A stretch of DNA of 64,000 nt, from NCBI GenBank assembly GCA_029838195.1, contig JALGVJ010000017.1, forward strand, positions 1 to 64,000. The letters run 5' to 3'. This DNA is from Promethearchaeota archaeon. Its GTDB lineage: Archaea > Asgardarchaeota > Lokiarchaeia > Sigyniarchaeales > SOKP01. The notes under the pieces are model-generated. The model was not told where the DNA came from, made no database searches, and saw only the letters and a list, made by a program, of their open reading frames with translations. A program made the position numbers and the translations under genes. Below, in pieces: positions 29,079-39,290 of this stretch. Every line of letters begins with the position of its first letter. Positions within the stretch are counted from its first letter, which is position 1.

Positions 29079-30254
29079 TTAAACGATTTCGGCTCCGCAG
29101 AAACGGCAACTCTTTATTTCCTCATACATTTTACGCAAACAAGGTTCGTGATAATAAGAGCCGCATTTTTCGCATTGAAATACCTCGTATTCTCCTAAAA
29201 ATATATTATGGCAATACGAACAAGAATAATTGATAGAGGCTACCTCCGCTTTTGGAATGAGTTTCATTTTTGTCGTTTCATGAGTTTTCAAGGGTGTTCT
29301 TTTATCTTTTTTTGATTTTTCTAGTTTTAATTCAGCTATTTTTAAAGCAGATTTAGGTATTTTTAGTAAATAGAAACAAAACGGGCATCGGAATATATTT
29401 ATATCATATTCCGTACCTTTAGCCCACATGGCAGCACAAGAGAGATGCATGAGATGCTCGCAAGAGGGACATGCTCTTCCTTCTGAAAAAAGATCTGCGT
29501 TAGTAATAGGCGATTTCGAGGAATGGCAAATCTGACATTTTTCAGCCGCGGTTTTATGCTTATTTAACATGATTTTTAGTTCTAATACCGATGGACGCTT
29601 TAAGGGTAAAGCTATTTCGTTTATTAAAGGAATACTTTTTTCTTTTGTATTTCCCGTAATATAGTCCCGAGTCGGTTTGATGTTTTTTTTAGAAGCGAAA
29701 GCAATTCCGGCATTGATTAATGCCTTTGAATTATTAAAATACCCATATTCTCCTCCCGTTTGTCTTGTTAAAATCTTTAACTCATTTTTTCCAGACGCTT
29801 CTGTATTTCCAATTTGACACGCATCAATTAAAACACCGAGTCCTTTTGCAACTTCCGTGATATCATTAAATTTATTCTTGTTTAAGGTAAATTTATTATC
29901 CGTCACAACGAAAATTCGTGAGACCTTTCCTCCTAATTTTCTCATCTCTTCAATGAGTAATTGTAAGGAAAAAGAAATACCTTGAATGAGATTTCCCTTT
30001 CCAGAGATGCGAATTCTTTGTAAAGCTCGATATAATTTTTCTTCTTCATTAGTAAAAGGGCTTAATTTTTTAGCATGTTTTCCAAAAGTAATGAGAGCAA
30101 TTTTATCATTCAAATCGATGGAAAACTTTGTTCGAATAAAGTTTTTAATTGTTTCAATGGCATTTTTAAGTCTATTTGGAGGAAAATCCGTTTTTAACAT
30201 GGATCTTGAAACATCCAACAAGATAACAGTATCTTCTACTTTAAAATCGCGCAA
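29079..30254 (-). CDS. vWA-domain protein (Ssl1/p44- or Rpn10-like) with two RING/PHD-like Zn fingers
   Basis: ILLDVSRSMLKTDFPPNRL, TGGEY; CQIC..CPSC.H..H..C..CPFC and CSYC..CEKC..H..C..CRFC. Confidence 0.85.
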   Translation of the reverse strand: MRDFKVEDTVILLDVSRSMLKTDFPPNRLKNAIETIKNFIRTKFSIDLNDKIALITFGKHAKKLSPFTNEEEKLYRALQRIRISGKGNLIQGISFSLQLLIEEMRKLGGKVSRIFVVTDNKFTLNKNKFNDITEVAKGLGVLIDACQIGNTEASGKNELKILTRQTGGEYGYFNNSKALINAGIAFASKKNIKPTRDYITGNTKEKSIPLINEIALPLKRPSVLELKIMLNKHKTAAEKCQICHSSKSPITNADLFSEGRACPSCEHLMHLSCAAMWAKGTEYDINIFRCPFCFYLLKIPKSALKIAELKLEKSKKDKRTPLKTHETTKMKLIPKAEVASINYSCSYCHNIFLGEYEVFQCEKCGSYYHEPCLRKMYEEIKSCRFCGAEIV

Positions 30255-30346
30255 ATTCCTAAATCAGATCCCATTTCATTAAAAGTATAATATCAATTTG
30301 GGCATTTCAATTTTTACATTGTTTAATTTTTATGGTTTATTAATTA

Positions 30347-31699
30347 TCATTTAAGAAATTTATAAGCGAAAAGGGCATATACTTTAATTGCATTAATAAA
30401 GTCCTCAACTTCGATGAACTCATCAATTGCATGAGCAGTTGATGCACTTCCAGGACCAAATAGAATGGTTGCCGGGCAATAATCGTGATTTCTATAATAA
30501 CCAGCATCCGCACCGGCGGGATATAAGAAATAAAAAGGCGTTCGTTTATACACTTTTTCTACTATGGAAGTGAATTCTTTCAAATCTGAAGAATGTTTCC
30601 ATCCATGCCAATAAGAACCCTCCGATTCATGCATTATTTCTATAACTACGGATATTTCATTCGGTTTAACCTCATCTTTTTTGAGGACTTTATATCCTAT
30701 CTCTTGTTCTATTACTTGCTTTAATGCATTCATTACATCCTCGATCTTCTGACCTGGAATTAATCTAAAATCAATTATTGCTTCGCACTTATCCGGTACT
30801 ACGTTTTCTTTGATTCCGCCCTTTATCATGTTCACGCTTTTTGTAAATTTAACTAATGATTGAAGTAAATTTTGAAGAAGAGTTTGTTCCGAAAGAATCT
30901 TCTCAAAAATTTCATTGCTTGGAAATGCCTTGCTCATTAATTCTTTCAATTCTTCAAGGGAAAGTGGTGGTTTAACCTGTTCCATATAGTTATCAATTTT
31001 ATCAAAATGGTGAATGAATTCACTCATCATGTTAATAGCATTTTTCCCCATGGAAGGAAGCGATGAATGACAAGCTATTCCATTCATGGTTATTTTTACA
31101 ACTAAATGGCCTCGTTCTCCTAATATTATTGCTTTGGGTAAAGGATTGATTCCTGTAGGCTCTCCTATAATAGCAAAATCACATTTAATTGAATTTAATT
31201 CATGGGTTAAGCACCATCCCGTACCTAATATTCCTCCGGTCTCTTCATCAGCCACGCCATTAAAAATTAAATTTCCTGATAAATTTAAATCAAGATTTTT
31301 CAATATTGCCAGAGTAATTACCATTGCAGCTAAACCACCTTTCATATCGGCAGCCCCTCTCCCATAAATTATTTTATTTCTTCTCATGTGAGCTGAAAGA
31401 GGAGGATATTTCCATTCACTTTCATTTCCAGGTGGAACTACATCCATGTGTGCATTAAACAGAAGGTTTTTTTTCGAAAAATCATCGCATAATGAAGCAA
31501 TGAGATTAGCTCGATTTTCATTAAAAGGAATTACCTTACATTTAATCGCATGTTTTTCAAGAAATTCCTTTACTTTAACAGCAACATTTTTTTCATTTCC
31601 CGGCGGATTACATGAATCTTGTTGGATTAATTCCCGTAAAAATTGAATATATTCCTCCCGATTCACTTCAATTTTTTGAATTATTTGCTCTTCACTCAT
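30347..31699 (-). CDS. M20 family metallopeptidase (ArgE/DapE-like)
   Basis: NAHMDVVP, YGRGAADMKGG, ADEETG, IGEPT, AHAIDE. Confidence 0.94.
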   Translation of the reverse strand: MSEEQIIQKIEVNREEYIQFLRELIQQDSCNPPGNEKNVAVKVKEFLEKHAIKCKVIPFNENRANLIASLCDDFSKKNLLFNAHMDVVPPGNESEWKYPPLSAHMRRNKIIYGRGAADMKGGLAAMVITLAILKNLDLNLSGNLIFNGVADEETGGILGTGWCLTHELNSIKCDFAIIGEPTGINPLPKAIILGERGHLVVKITMNGIACHSSLPSMGKNAINMMSEFIHHFDKIDNYMEQVKPPLSLEELKELMSKAFPSNEIFEKILSEQTLLQNLLQSLVKFTKSVNMIKGGIKENVVPDKCEAIIDFRLIPGQKIEDVMNALKQVIEQEIGYKVLKKDEVKPNEISVVIEIMHESEGSYWHGWKHSSDLKEFTSIVEKVYKRTPFYFLYPAGADAGYYRNHDYCPATILFGPGSASTAHAIDEFIEVEDFINAIKVYALFAYKFLK

Positions 31700-31867
31700 G
31701 ATTCCACTATTAAATTGATTGTTTTTAGTAATAGGTAAGAAAAAACGCGTGAATTAATAAAATTTTGTACAAATTATCTTTTTTCACTCGAAACTCTAAT
31801 TAGGAAATTTTTAATGAAATGAAGGATTTTATAAAAAAAACTAGGATTAAGAACGGTTAATCTAAGA

Positions 31868-34800
31868 TTGCGGACGATAAAAAAAGCTTTAAAATTTAGT
31901 ATTGTAATTTTTATCATCACGATTTTCTTCCTTGCTTCTATCACGCAATCTAATAACTCTTTTTTGACGAATGTTTATGATACTACTTCTAATAATAATC
32001 CCAATGAAATCTTAAATGAAAATATAGATGCGCCCTCAATAAAAGAATCCAGCGGTAATACTTTAATAAATGAAACCGTGAGCGGAACGGGAGATAATCA
32101 AACGGTAAGAACGTATTTTATTAACCAATCATTGGCAGAAAATAACATGGGATATTTCAACATTACCGTTCCTAATAGTGAGATGAATTTTAGCCAAGGC
32201 GATTTTAATTTCACGTTTAATAATAATTACACGACAAATCATGTTATCGAGGATGATAATGCTTTAACAAGCCTAAATGAAAATAACTTAATCACCCATG
32301 AATATGATCCAAGCAATTCTTGGTTGACTCTATCTGAAGGAGCAGACAACATGAACGGCGATTTTTTAAGCATTTCGGATAATAATGATTCTACTTATTG
32401 GAATTTAACTTCAACAAGCGGGACATTAAATTTTACGATTAATGCTAACTTTACTGATGTTCTCTCTTCCGACGTAGAAACCATTTTTAATCGATCGAAC
32501 GTGCTCGGTTTTCTTCTTTCGCTTCGATTCAACATTACTTTAGATGCTAATTTAACTATTAAAGCATGGAATAATTCAATAGGTGAATGGGTTGACATTT
32601 CAAATACCATCCCAATTAACGCAAGCAGCTCGCAACCACTTCAAATCGATAGGCGTTTCATTAATAAAAACTTGTTTTTCATAAATTCAAGTAATATTAC
32701 TAAAGTCCAATTTTATTTTAATAAAACCGATTATTCTTCCAATTTCAACGTGATTTTAATTGAATTTGACTTGAAATCTGCTTTAGCCTTTGATGTTCCC
32801 ATAACAAGTGAAAAATACGTGGCATTAGAATTTGACTTGCGAGGTGAAGGAACGAAAATAAATGGCTTTTTTGCTTGGATTCGGACGATTAATCAAATGC
32901 TCGCTGATGGTGGACGATTAAACGTTAGCTTGTATAGAGCAAATGATTCCATAGTTAGAAAGGAAACAGAACTACAAAAAAATAGTATCAAACCAGACGA
33001 TGGATCCTATATAGGATCAACTTTAATTTATTCTTTTAAAGGAGATGATGTTTATTATGTTAATTTTAGTTCAATAAACGCCACCAATTTGGGAATTGGG
33101 AATTATTTCATCGTGATTAAATCAAATTTAGCATCCCCAGTATATCGTCTAATCACGATTCCTTGTTCGAAATATGGGGATTTAAAAACCGAGCATCAAT
33201 TAAAAATCAGTACCGATAGTGGGGCAACATGGACCAACGCAAAGAAAACCATTCAAACTACAAATACACCTTATACCTCTAAACAATTAGATGCTAGCTC
33301 TTTCAAATTGAACGTTACCCGTGGTTATTTACCATCTGATTTTAATGGCACGTTAAGGATTGAGAATTTAACGATTGTTGATAAACGCATTGATGTTTAT
33401 CCTTATAAAGGGAGTTCAGTAGAAATAATGGAATGGGGAAAAGGAAGATGGAATCGTGAACTTACAACCCCAATTTCCGCTGATAAATTTAACCATTTAT
33501 TCATTAATTTGACCGGATATCATGCGTTAACTAAAGATTTAAGTTTCAATGTCACGTATTTAGCTGAAATATATCAAAATGAAAATGTTACTTCCATTTT
33601 CCACGTGAATTATAACGGAGTTCCCTTGTGGACGTTAAATGGTACTTTAGACCCTAATCAATATTTAAATTGGAATTTTACAGAATATTGGTTCATTTAT
33701 CCAAATTTTTGGGACACGCGTAATTTAACCACTCCAAATCCTGAAAATGGAGATGCATTGGGAAGTATTGAGGCACCTACACCGTTTTCAGAGGATTCAC
33801 GATTCGAAAAGCTCATTTTAACTACTTCAATTGTTAATGTTTCCAATCCCCTCTACAATGGTTCATACGTGTTGAATTTAACTAGTTATAATTGCATTAA
33901 TCAAATGCACTCCTTTCTTAATTTTGATGGGATTTTATGGGAAACGGAAGGGTTCATGATAGGAGATAATATCTCCGTGAGCGTCTACATTCAAGATGAG
34001 TTCGGTATTGCTCCTTCAAGTGGAAGTGCAAATGCAACCCTGTTTTTTCCCAATAACTCTCGCGTGCCTTCAGCTTCCCTTTATTCTAAGGAAGGAGCTC
34101 TATTATCCCAACTATCACTTTTGAAATATGATTTCTCTAATCAAACACTAATTAATATTTTACCATCGCTTCCCGAAGTTGGACGATATCAAATAGGATT
34201 TTTTTGGACTAATGGGTCGGCAATTGGCTGTAGAAAAATGTATATTTATATTGATAATTACGATATCGAGCTAAGTGGGGCGAATTATTACCCTGAAATT
34301 GGAGTTAACGTACTCGAAGGAAGATTCGTGAAGAAAATTCTGAATACATATTCTATCCTCATGGCTTCGGTAAACGAAACCACGGGAACATGGATTCCAA
34401 ATTATTTTTCTATTAGTAATGAATCTTTGAATAAAATCTTCACTTACCAGTTTGGAGCATATTTATTTAATGTATCTTTAAAGGCGTTTCGACAAAATGA
34501 AACCATTCTAAATCCAAATGAAGAAATCTCCTTTAAAATAACTTTAGAAAATCAAGATGATAATACAGATCTTAACGTGAGAATTAAGGTACAATTATTA
34601 TCTTTAGTAAATGAAAAGTGGATCGTTGCTGAAAAGGATAGTAATACCATTAAATTAAAATATAATGGCCACCCTCAAGATTCTACTACTTTCAATTTAA
34701 CCATTGCCATGCCAAGTTATAATGAGCTGATGAATCGGTGGAATGGAGTAAATTCTCCTGTTCGATTAGGTGGTGTAAAAACGAGAGTACAGGTATATGT

Positions 34801-36073
34801 TGAAAACTCGAATGTAGGCCATTTTGATTATCCGGAGTATTCCTTATTAACTAATGTGAATGACACGGAGTTTGAAGGAGAAATCATTACTACTAAGACT
34901 TCGTTCAATATCTCGAGTAATACTATTACTAAAGTATTTGAAAGAGACGAATGCTTGTATTCTCCTCAATTAACTTATTTTATTGTTAATATTTTTGATG
35001 AAAACTACATTAGTTCCTTGATTAGTCCTAATTTCTCTAAAACCTTCAAATCAGATAGTAAATTTGAAGATATAACTTATTCTCCCTCTAATCCCATTAA
35101 AGGCAATGTCCTCACGCTATCTGCCACATTAAAAACTGAATTTGATGAAATAATGGCTAATAAAAGAGTCACATGTGAATATTTTGATGGAAACTCGTGG
35201 ATTAATATTACATCAGAAAAGACTGATTCTGCGGGAGTTGTATCATTCACGATTGAAACGCTCCCCTTAACAATCCAAGAAAATTTTGGATTCCGTTTAA
35301 AATGGTTAGGAGATGCTAATTTTCTAAGCAAGACGCAAGAAATTCCAATTAATATTACCTCTCAGTTTAATCAAATCTCTCTTCATTTTAATACTCAGGA
35401 AAATCAAGCTTTTTTTCGCAGCCAAAATAATACCTTGACGATTACCATAAGTAATACGGGTAATTCTACTATTAGGATTTTAGATATGAATATCGAGTTT
35501 GATCTCAACATTAATTATACTATTATTGAAAAAAATGTTTATGAGTTAAATAGATTAGAATCCGGACACAGTACGTCTCTCACATTAGAATTTACCATTC
35601 CTGATATCGAACCCGATTTACTAAATGTTACGATATCGGTACGGGGCCAAAATGTGCTTTCTAATGAAATAGTACGCGCAGAGGCGGAAACCTCTTTAAC
35701 ACTTTTGGATCCGTCCCTTCCTACCTTTATTATCGGCATTTCAGCTTTGATTGCGATTGGAGGTATCTGGATCTTTTCCATTTGGTATTCTCGAAAGCTA
35801 ATCGTGAAAATAGAAACTCCTAAAGAAGAAATTCCAAAAAAGAAGAAAAAAATTAAAAAAGGTAAATATGTAAAAGTTTCTGAGCTATCGCAAGAGTCAA
35901 CTAAGCCTTCAGAAAAGGCTCCGGAAGAATCAAAAAAAGAAGTCCCTTCAAAAGAGAAAACTACGGAAAAAAAACAACCGAAAAAAAAGGGTAAAAAAGA
36001 AAAATCCGGTAAGAAAAACGATAAAAAAGTAGATCTTGATGATCTAATAAAAAGAGAAGGTCTTGAAGATTAA
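31868..36073 (+). CDS. Large cell-surface glycoprotein with Ig-like beta domains, C-terminal TM anchor and Lys-rich tail
   Basis: N-terminal signal-like hydrophobic segment, numerous N-X-S/T sequons, beta-rich body, TM FIIGISALIAIGGIWIFSIWY, charged tail. Confidence 0.85.
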   Translation: MRTIKKALKFSIVIFIITIFFLASITQSNNSFLTNVYDTTSNNNPNEILNENIDAPSIKESSGNTLINETVSGTGDNQTVRTYFINQSLAENNMGYFNITVPNSEMNFSQGDFNFTFNNNYTTNHVIEDDNALTSLNENNLITHEYDPSNSWLTLSEGADNMNGDFLSISDNNDSTYWNLTSTSGTLNFTINANFTDVLSSDVETIFNRSNVLGFLLSLRFNITLDANLTIKAWNNSIGEWVDISNTIPINASSSQPLQIDRRFINKNLFFINSSNITKVQFYFNKTDYSSNFNVILIEFDLKSALAFDVPITSEKYVALEFDLRGEGTKINGFFAWIRTINQMLADGGRLNVSLYRANDSIVRKETELQKNSIKPDDGSYIGSTLIYSFKGDDVYYVNFSSINATNLGIGNYFIVIKSNLASPVYRLITIPCSKYGDLKTEHQLKISTDSGATWTNAKKTIQTTNTPYTSKQLDASSFKLNVTRGYLPSDFNGTLRIENLTIVDKRIDVYPYKGSSVEIMEWGKGRWNRELTTPISADKFNHLFINLTGYHALTKDLSFNVTYLAEIYQNENVTSIFHVNYNGVPLWTLNGTLDPNQYLNWNFTEYWFIYPNFWDTRNLTTPNPENGDALGSIEAPTPFSEDSRFEKLILTTSIVNVSNPLYNGSYVLNLTSYNCINQMHSFLNFDGILWETEGFMIGDNISVSVYIQDEFGIAPSSGSANATLFFPNNSRVPSASLYSKEGALLSQLSLLKYDFSNQTLINILPSLPEVGRYQIGFFWTNGSAIGCRKMYIYIDNYDIELSGANYYPEIGVNVLEGRFVKKILNTYSILMASVNETTGTWIPNYFSISNESLNKIFTYQFGAYLFNVSLKAFRQNETILNPNEEISFKITLENQDDNTDLNVRIKVQLLSLVNEKWIVAEKDSNTIKLKYNGHPQDSTTFNLTIAMPSYNELMNRWNGVNSPVRLGGVKTRVQVYVENSNVGHFDYPEYSLLTNVNDTEFEGEIITTKTSFNISSNTITKVFERDECLYSPQLTYFIVNIFDENYISSLISPNFSKTFKSDSKFEDITYSPSNPIKGNVLTLSATLKTEFDEIMANKRVTCEYFDGNSWINITSEKTDSAGVVSFTIETLPLTIQENFGFRLKWLGDANFLSKTQEIPINITSQFNQISLHFNTQENQAFFRSQNNTLTITISNTGNSTIRILDMNIEFDLNINYTIIEKNVYELNRLESGHSTSLTLEFTIPDIEPDLLNVTISVRGQNVLSNEIVRAEAETSLTLLDPSLPTFIIGISALIAIGGIWIFSIWYSRKLIVKIETPKEEIPKKKKKIKKGKYVKVSELSQESTKPSEKAPEESKKEVPSKEKTTEKKQPKKKGKKEKSGKKNDKKVDLDDLIKREGLED

Positions 36074-36299
36074 AATAAGATTTTTTTTTCTTATCAAATT
36101 AAAATTAGTTATATCTAATTTTAATAGATAATTCAATTATACAATTTCTACTTAATGGATTTAATTTTTTCTTTCTATTCACATTCTTTTTATTTCAAGA
36201 TTAAATAATATCCTAATTAACATCATGAATTTTTCATAAATATTAAAAAAAATAAAAAAATTCTGTTTATTAAGAATAAACGCTTACAGCGATAATTAT

Positions 36300-36700
36300 T
36301 TAACTCGGAAACAAAGCTTCTTCAAAACCCAAGATGAAAGCGAGATAAATGCTAATAACACCGGCATAAAGTATTAATATGATGAGGATTTTTTTTCCAT
36401 GAATCGTTTAAAGAAACCTTCTTTCAAATCTAGCATTTCTGGATGCTTGAAATATTTTAAATTTGTTAATACAGGGCTTTTAATATTCAAAGTACCTAGT
36501 TCCATGAATTCACTAACTTTTATTACTACACTATTCACCCATCTATGATGATAGATTGATAAATATACTAAAGTAACTAAAAAGGGGATTTCGGCCGTCA
36601 TTAAAACAATGAGACCGAAACAAATACGAACCGTGGTGTATAAATTTAAAGCTAAACCTGGAGTTTCCGTTAAACTAGAATAATTTTGAAGCTTCTTAAG
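36300..36700 (-). pseudogene. Truncated, frameshifted membrane-protein remnant (transporter C-terminus-like)
   Basis: Hydrophobic frame ..GLALNLYTTVRICFGLIVLMTAEIPF..; one extra A at the A8 run (36389-36396) restores the TM tail KKILIILILYAGVISIYLAFILGFEEALFPS*. Confidence 0.5.
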
Positions 36701-36949
36701 TTAATCTTCATTAAAAAAATTTTATTTTTTCAAGAATATTTCCCTGTCTTGTAAGAAAAATGATTGAAATGATTGAAACAAGCAAGATAATTAATAGTTT
36801 GGCGATTACTTCTGATAATTATTTAATAAATAAACTTGAATTAGAAAATATTGTAGGCGGTTAAAATTGTTAAAAAAATAAGATTTTATAACCTTTATTA
36901 AAAAATTTCTTTCAATCAAAAATAGATGATATAAAATTAAATTGACGTT

Positions 36950-37297
36950 TTATTTCAAAATAGAAACGAGGTTCCTCCTTAAAAGAGCCAGAGAAGCCTT
37001 ACCATCTAATCCCGTTAGACCGATTAAAATTGTTTTTGCTGATCCTACTAATATCGCAAACCCATTTTCTAATTCAATTGTATTAGTTACCAATGACCCT
37101 TTGCCAATATTTTTACCCAATTCATTCGAATCTTGAATGATTTTTGCACATGCGGTGGCTATTTTTGAATGATCCATTTCTACTATCGTTTGCCCAATTA
37201 GTACTTTTCCTTCTTTATCAGCTGCAATTACTCCTTCACATTCAGGAATGGAATCCATTAATTGTGCTAATTTTGGTTCTAATTCTTCCTTACTCAT
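36950..37297 (-). CDS. Roadblock/LC7 domain protein
   Basis: IPECEGVIAADKEGKVL, helix, IELENGFAIL, terminal helix LALLRRNL. Confidence 0.85.
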   Translation of the reverse strand: MSKEELEPKLAQLMDSIPECEGVIAADKEGKVLIGQTIVEMDHSKIATACAKIIQDSNELGKNIGKGSLVTNTIELENGFAILVGSAKTILIGLTGLDGKASLALLRRNLVSILK

Positions 37298-37625
37298 GAA
37301 AATTCTGCTCTTACTAATTATTATGTTAAAAAAATTAAATGATTAAATTGTACTTAATAATAATGCGTCAATTAAGATTAATATATCACTATTACAATAT
37401 AAATCTTATATTTTAGCAAAATGATACTTAATATGAGATTAATACATGTAAGAAAGTACTCTTGCTTTATCATTAGCTCTTGATCGTACGTACGAGGTGG
37501 TATGGGTTCTAACTTATTTTAAGCTTTTAAATTTCAAATATATTTTTATTTATATTCGACTATAATATTTATAATAAGAATGAAACAATTCATTCGATTG
37601 AAATAAAAAGAGGTTAAATAAAAAA

Positions 37626-37910
37626 TTGATAGATACTAATGAAGTTAAAGCCATCATCCGGCGATTTGAAGAGAAAGAAGGCGTGCGCGGCGTGATAATT
37701 TGTGACTCATCGGGACTCCCTATTAAATCTAATCTTGATACAGAATTATCTGAAGAAGTTTCAGCATATATTACTAGTTTGATAGGAAAATCTAATCAGG
37801 TAGTAGATGCATTGAAAGAAGGTACTTTGCGCTTTATCAGGTTAGAAACAAGTAAAGGAGAGATCATGATTGCCTTGGAGTCTAATCTGATTTTAATTGT
37901 TTTAAAATAA
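37626..37910 (+). CDS. Roadblock/LC7 protein, dynein light chain roadblock (DYNLRB)-like
   Basis: EGVRGVIICDSSGLPIKSNLD...LRFIRLETSKGEIMIA...LIVLK; GAGGT RBS. Confidence 0.9.
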   Translation: MIDTNEVKAIIRRFEEKEGVRGVIICDSSGLPIKSNLDTELSEEVSAYITSLIGKSNQVVDALKEGTLRFIRLETSKGEIMIALESNLILIVLK

Positions 37911-37950
37911 TCTTTTTCCTTACTATTTCTTCTCATTTTTATAAGGAACA

Positions 37951-39237
37951 TTACCAATATTTTTTTGAATTTAGTAAAAATCCCTCTCCGTCAAATTGGA
38001 GGATTTCTGGATTTCCAATAAAATGTACTTGCATATTAGATTCTACTTCCTTCAATAATGCTTCGGATATGAGCATGGTCTTTAGTTTTAATGTATTTTT
38101 AATCCATGCAATGCGAATATGGGAGGAAGGAATTGAACTCATCATTTCTGCTACCGTGTTTAAAACAGCCTGATCATTTAAAAGGATAACGGGTAATTTT
38201 GGTGAATCCGTACGATAAGCAGTTAAAGCATTTGTATAAGTTTGAAATAAATCAATTTTTTCGATTACCCGTTTGGTCGTAAAATCTGCCAATCCAATAC
38301 CTTGAGCATTACCCCTCGTTTCTTCCGTCAAGCCTCGGATAAAAACCCATTGAACATCTATAGGAGAGGAACTTTTTCTTCCGCAAATATTGGGATTCAT
38401 GCCAGTTCCAAAAATATTTTTCCCCATCTCATCAATTATTAATAAATCGAGCTCTCGAAAAGGCATTTTTTCGGTTAATTCTTTGGAGCGTTTTAATAAT
38501 AGCGGTTCTCGTTTAGGGATTTCTTCAATTCTTAAGGCATGGACTTCAGCAATTTCATCATTGATATTTTGTATAATGGCAAGCCCTCCAATGATAGCCG
38601 TTTTTTTCATCAAAATTTCTCGGGTGGCTTTCATTACTTCTTTCCAAGAATAACGGGAAATGAATTGATGATATGTTTTAGCTCCAAAATGCTTTCCAAG
38701 TCCCATTAGACACATTTTACTTAATCCACTTTCGATATCTCCGATAAATTTGGAGTGACTTTTAATCTGATTTATTAAAAATATTTTATCAGCTGAAGCC
38801 GCATGCTTATCAATGACTACAGGCATGCCAAATTCTGTTTCCTCGATTTTTACCACTTCCATTGTAGCTTTTATGGGACATCCCATATTTCTTTCTGTTA
38901 TTCCTCTATCGTGAAGAATAGCAAGCTGTCCTTCAATAGTACCGCCACCATGACTTCCCATTGCCGGAATGATAAAAGGTTTTGTCTTTAATTTCTTAAA
39001 ATAATTCACTACTATTTTTAAAATAAGAGCTTGATGAGGAATTCCTCGAGAGCTGGCCGTTATAGCAATGGTATCCCCCGCCTTAACTAACTCCTCTAAT
39101 TTTATTTTTTGAAACTCTTCATGAATTGATTTTTTAATATCCGAAATTTGAGGACAAGGAATTTCTTGTCTAATCAACCGAAATTTTGGGAGCTCATGAG
39201 ATTTTGTTGTTAACGATGGAATGTTCAACTTTAACAT
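37951..39237 (-). CDS. LarA-like N-terminal domain (DUF2088/DUF362-type) protein
   Basis: AITASSRGI, PAMGSHGG, IKSH, ESGLSKM..GLGKH, GKNIFGTGM, WIKNTL. Confidence 0.82.
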   Translation of the reverse strand: MLKLNIPSLTTKSHELPKFRLIRQEIPCPQISDIKKSIHEEFQKIKLEELVKAGDTIAITASSRGIPHQALILKIVVNYFKKLKTKPFIIPAMGSHGGGTIEGQLAILHDRGITERNMGCPIKATMEVVKIEETEFGMPVVIDKHAASADKIFLINQIKSHSKFIGDIESGLSKMCLMGLGKHFGAKTYHQFISRYSWKEVMKATREILMKKTAIIGGLAIIQNINDEIAEVHALRIEEIPKREPLLLKRSKELTEKMPFRELDLLIIDEMGKNIFGTGMNPNICGRKSSSPIDVQWVFIRGLTEETRGNAQGIGLADFTTKRVIEKIDLFQTYTNALTAYRTDSPKLPVILLNDQAVLNTVAEMMSSIPSSHIRIAWIKNTLKLKTMLISEALLKEVESNMQVHFIGNPEILQFDGEGFLLNSKKYW

Positions 39238-39290
39238 GTTAACTTTTTTGAATTAAAAGAAATAAATAAATCTAAGGAAATGAAAATATT

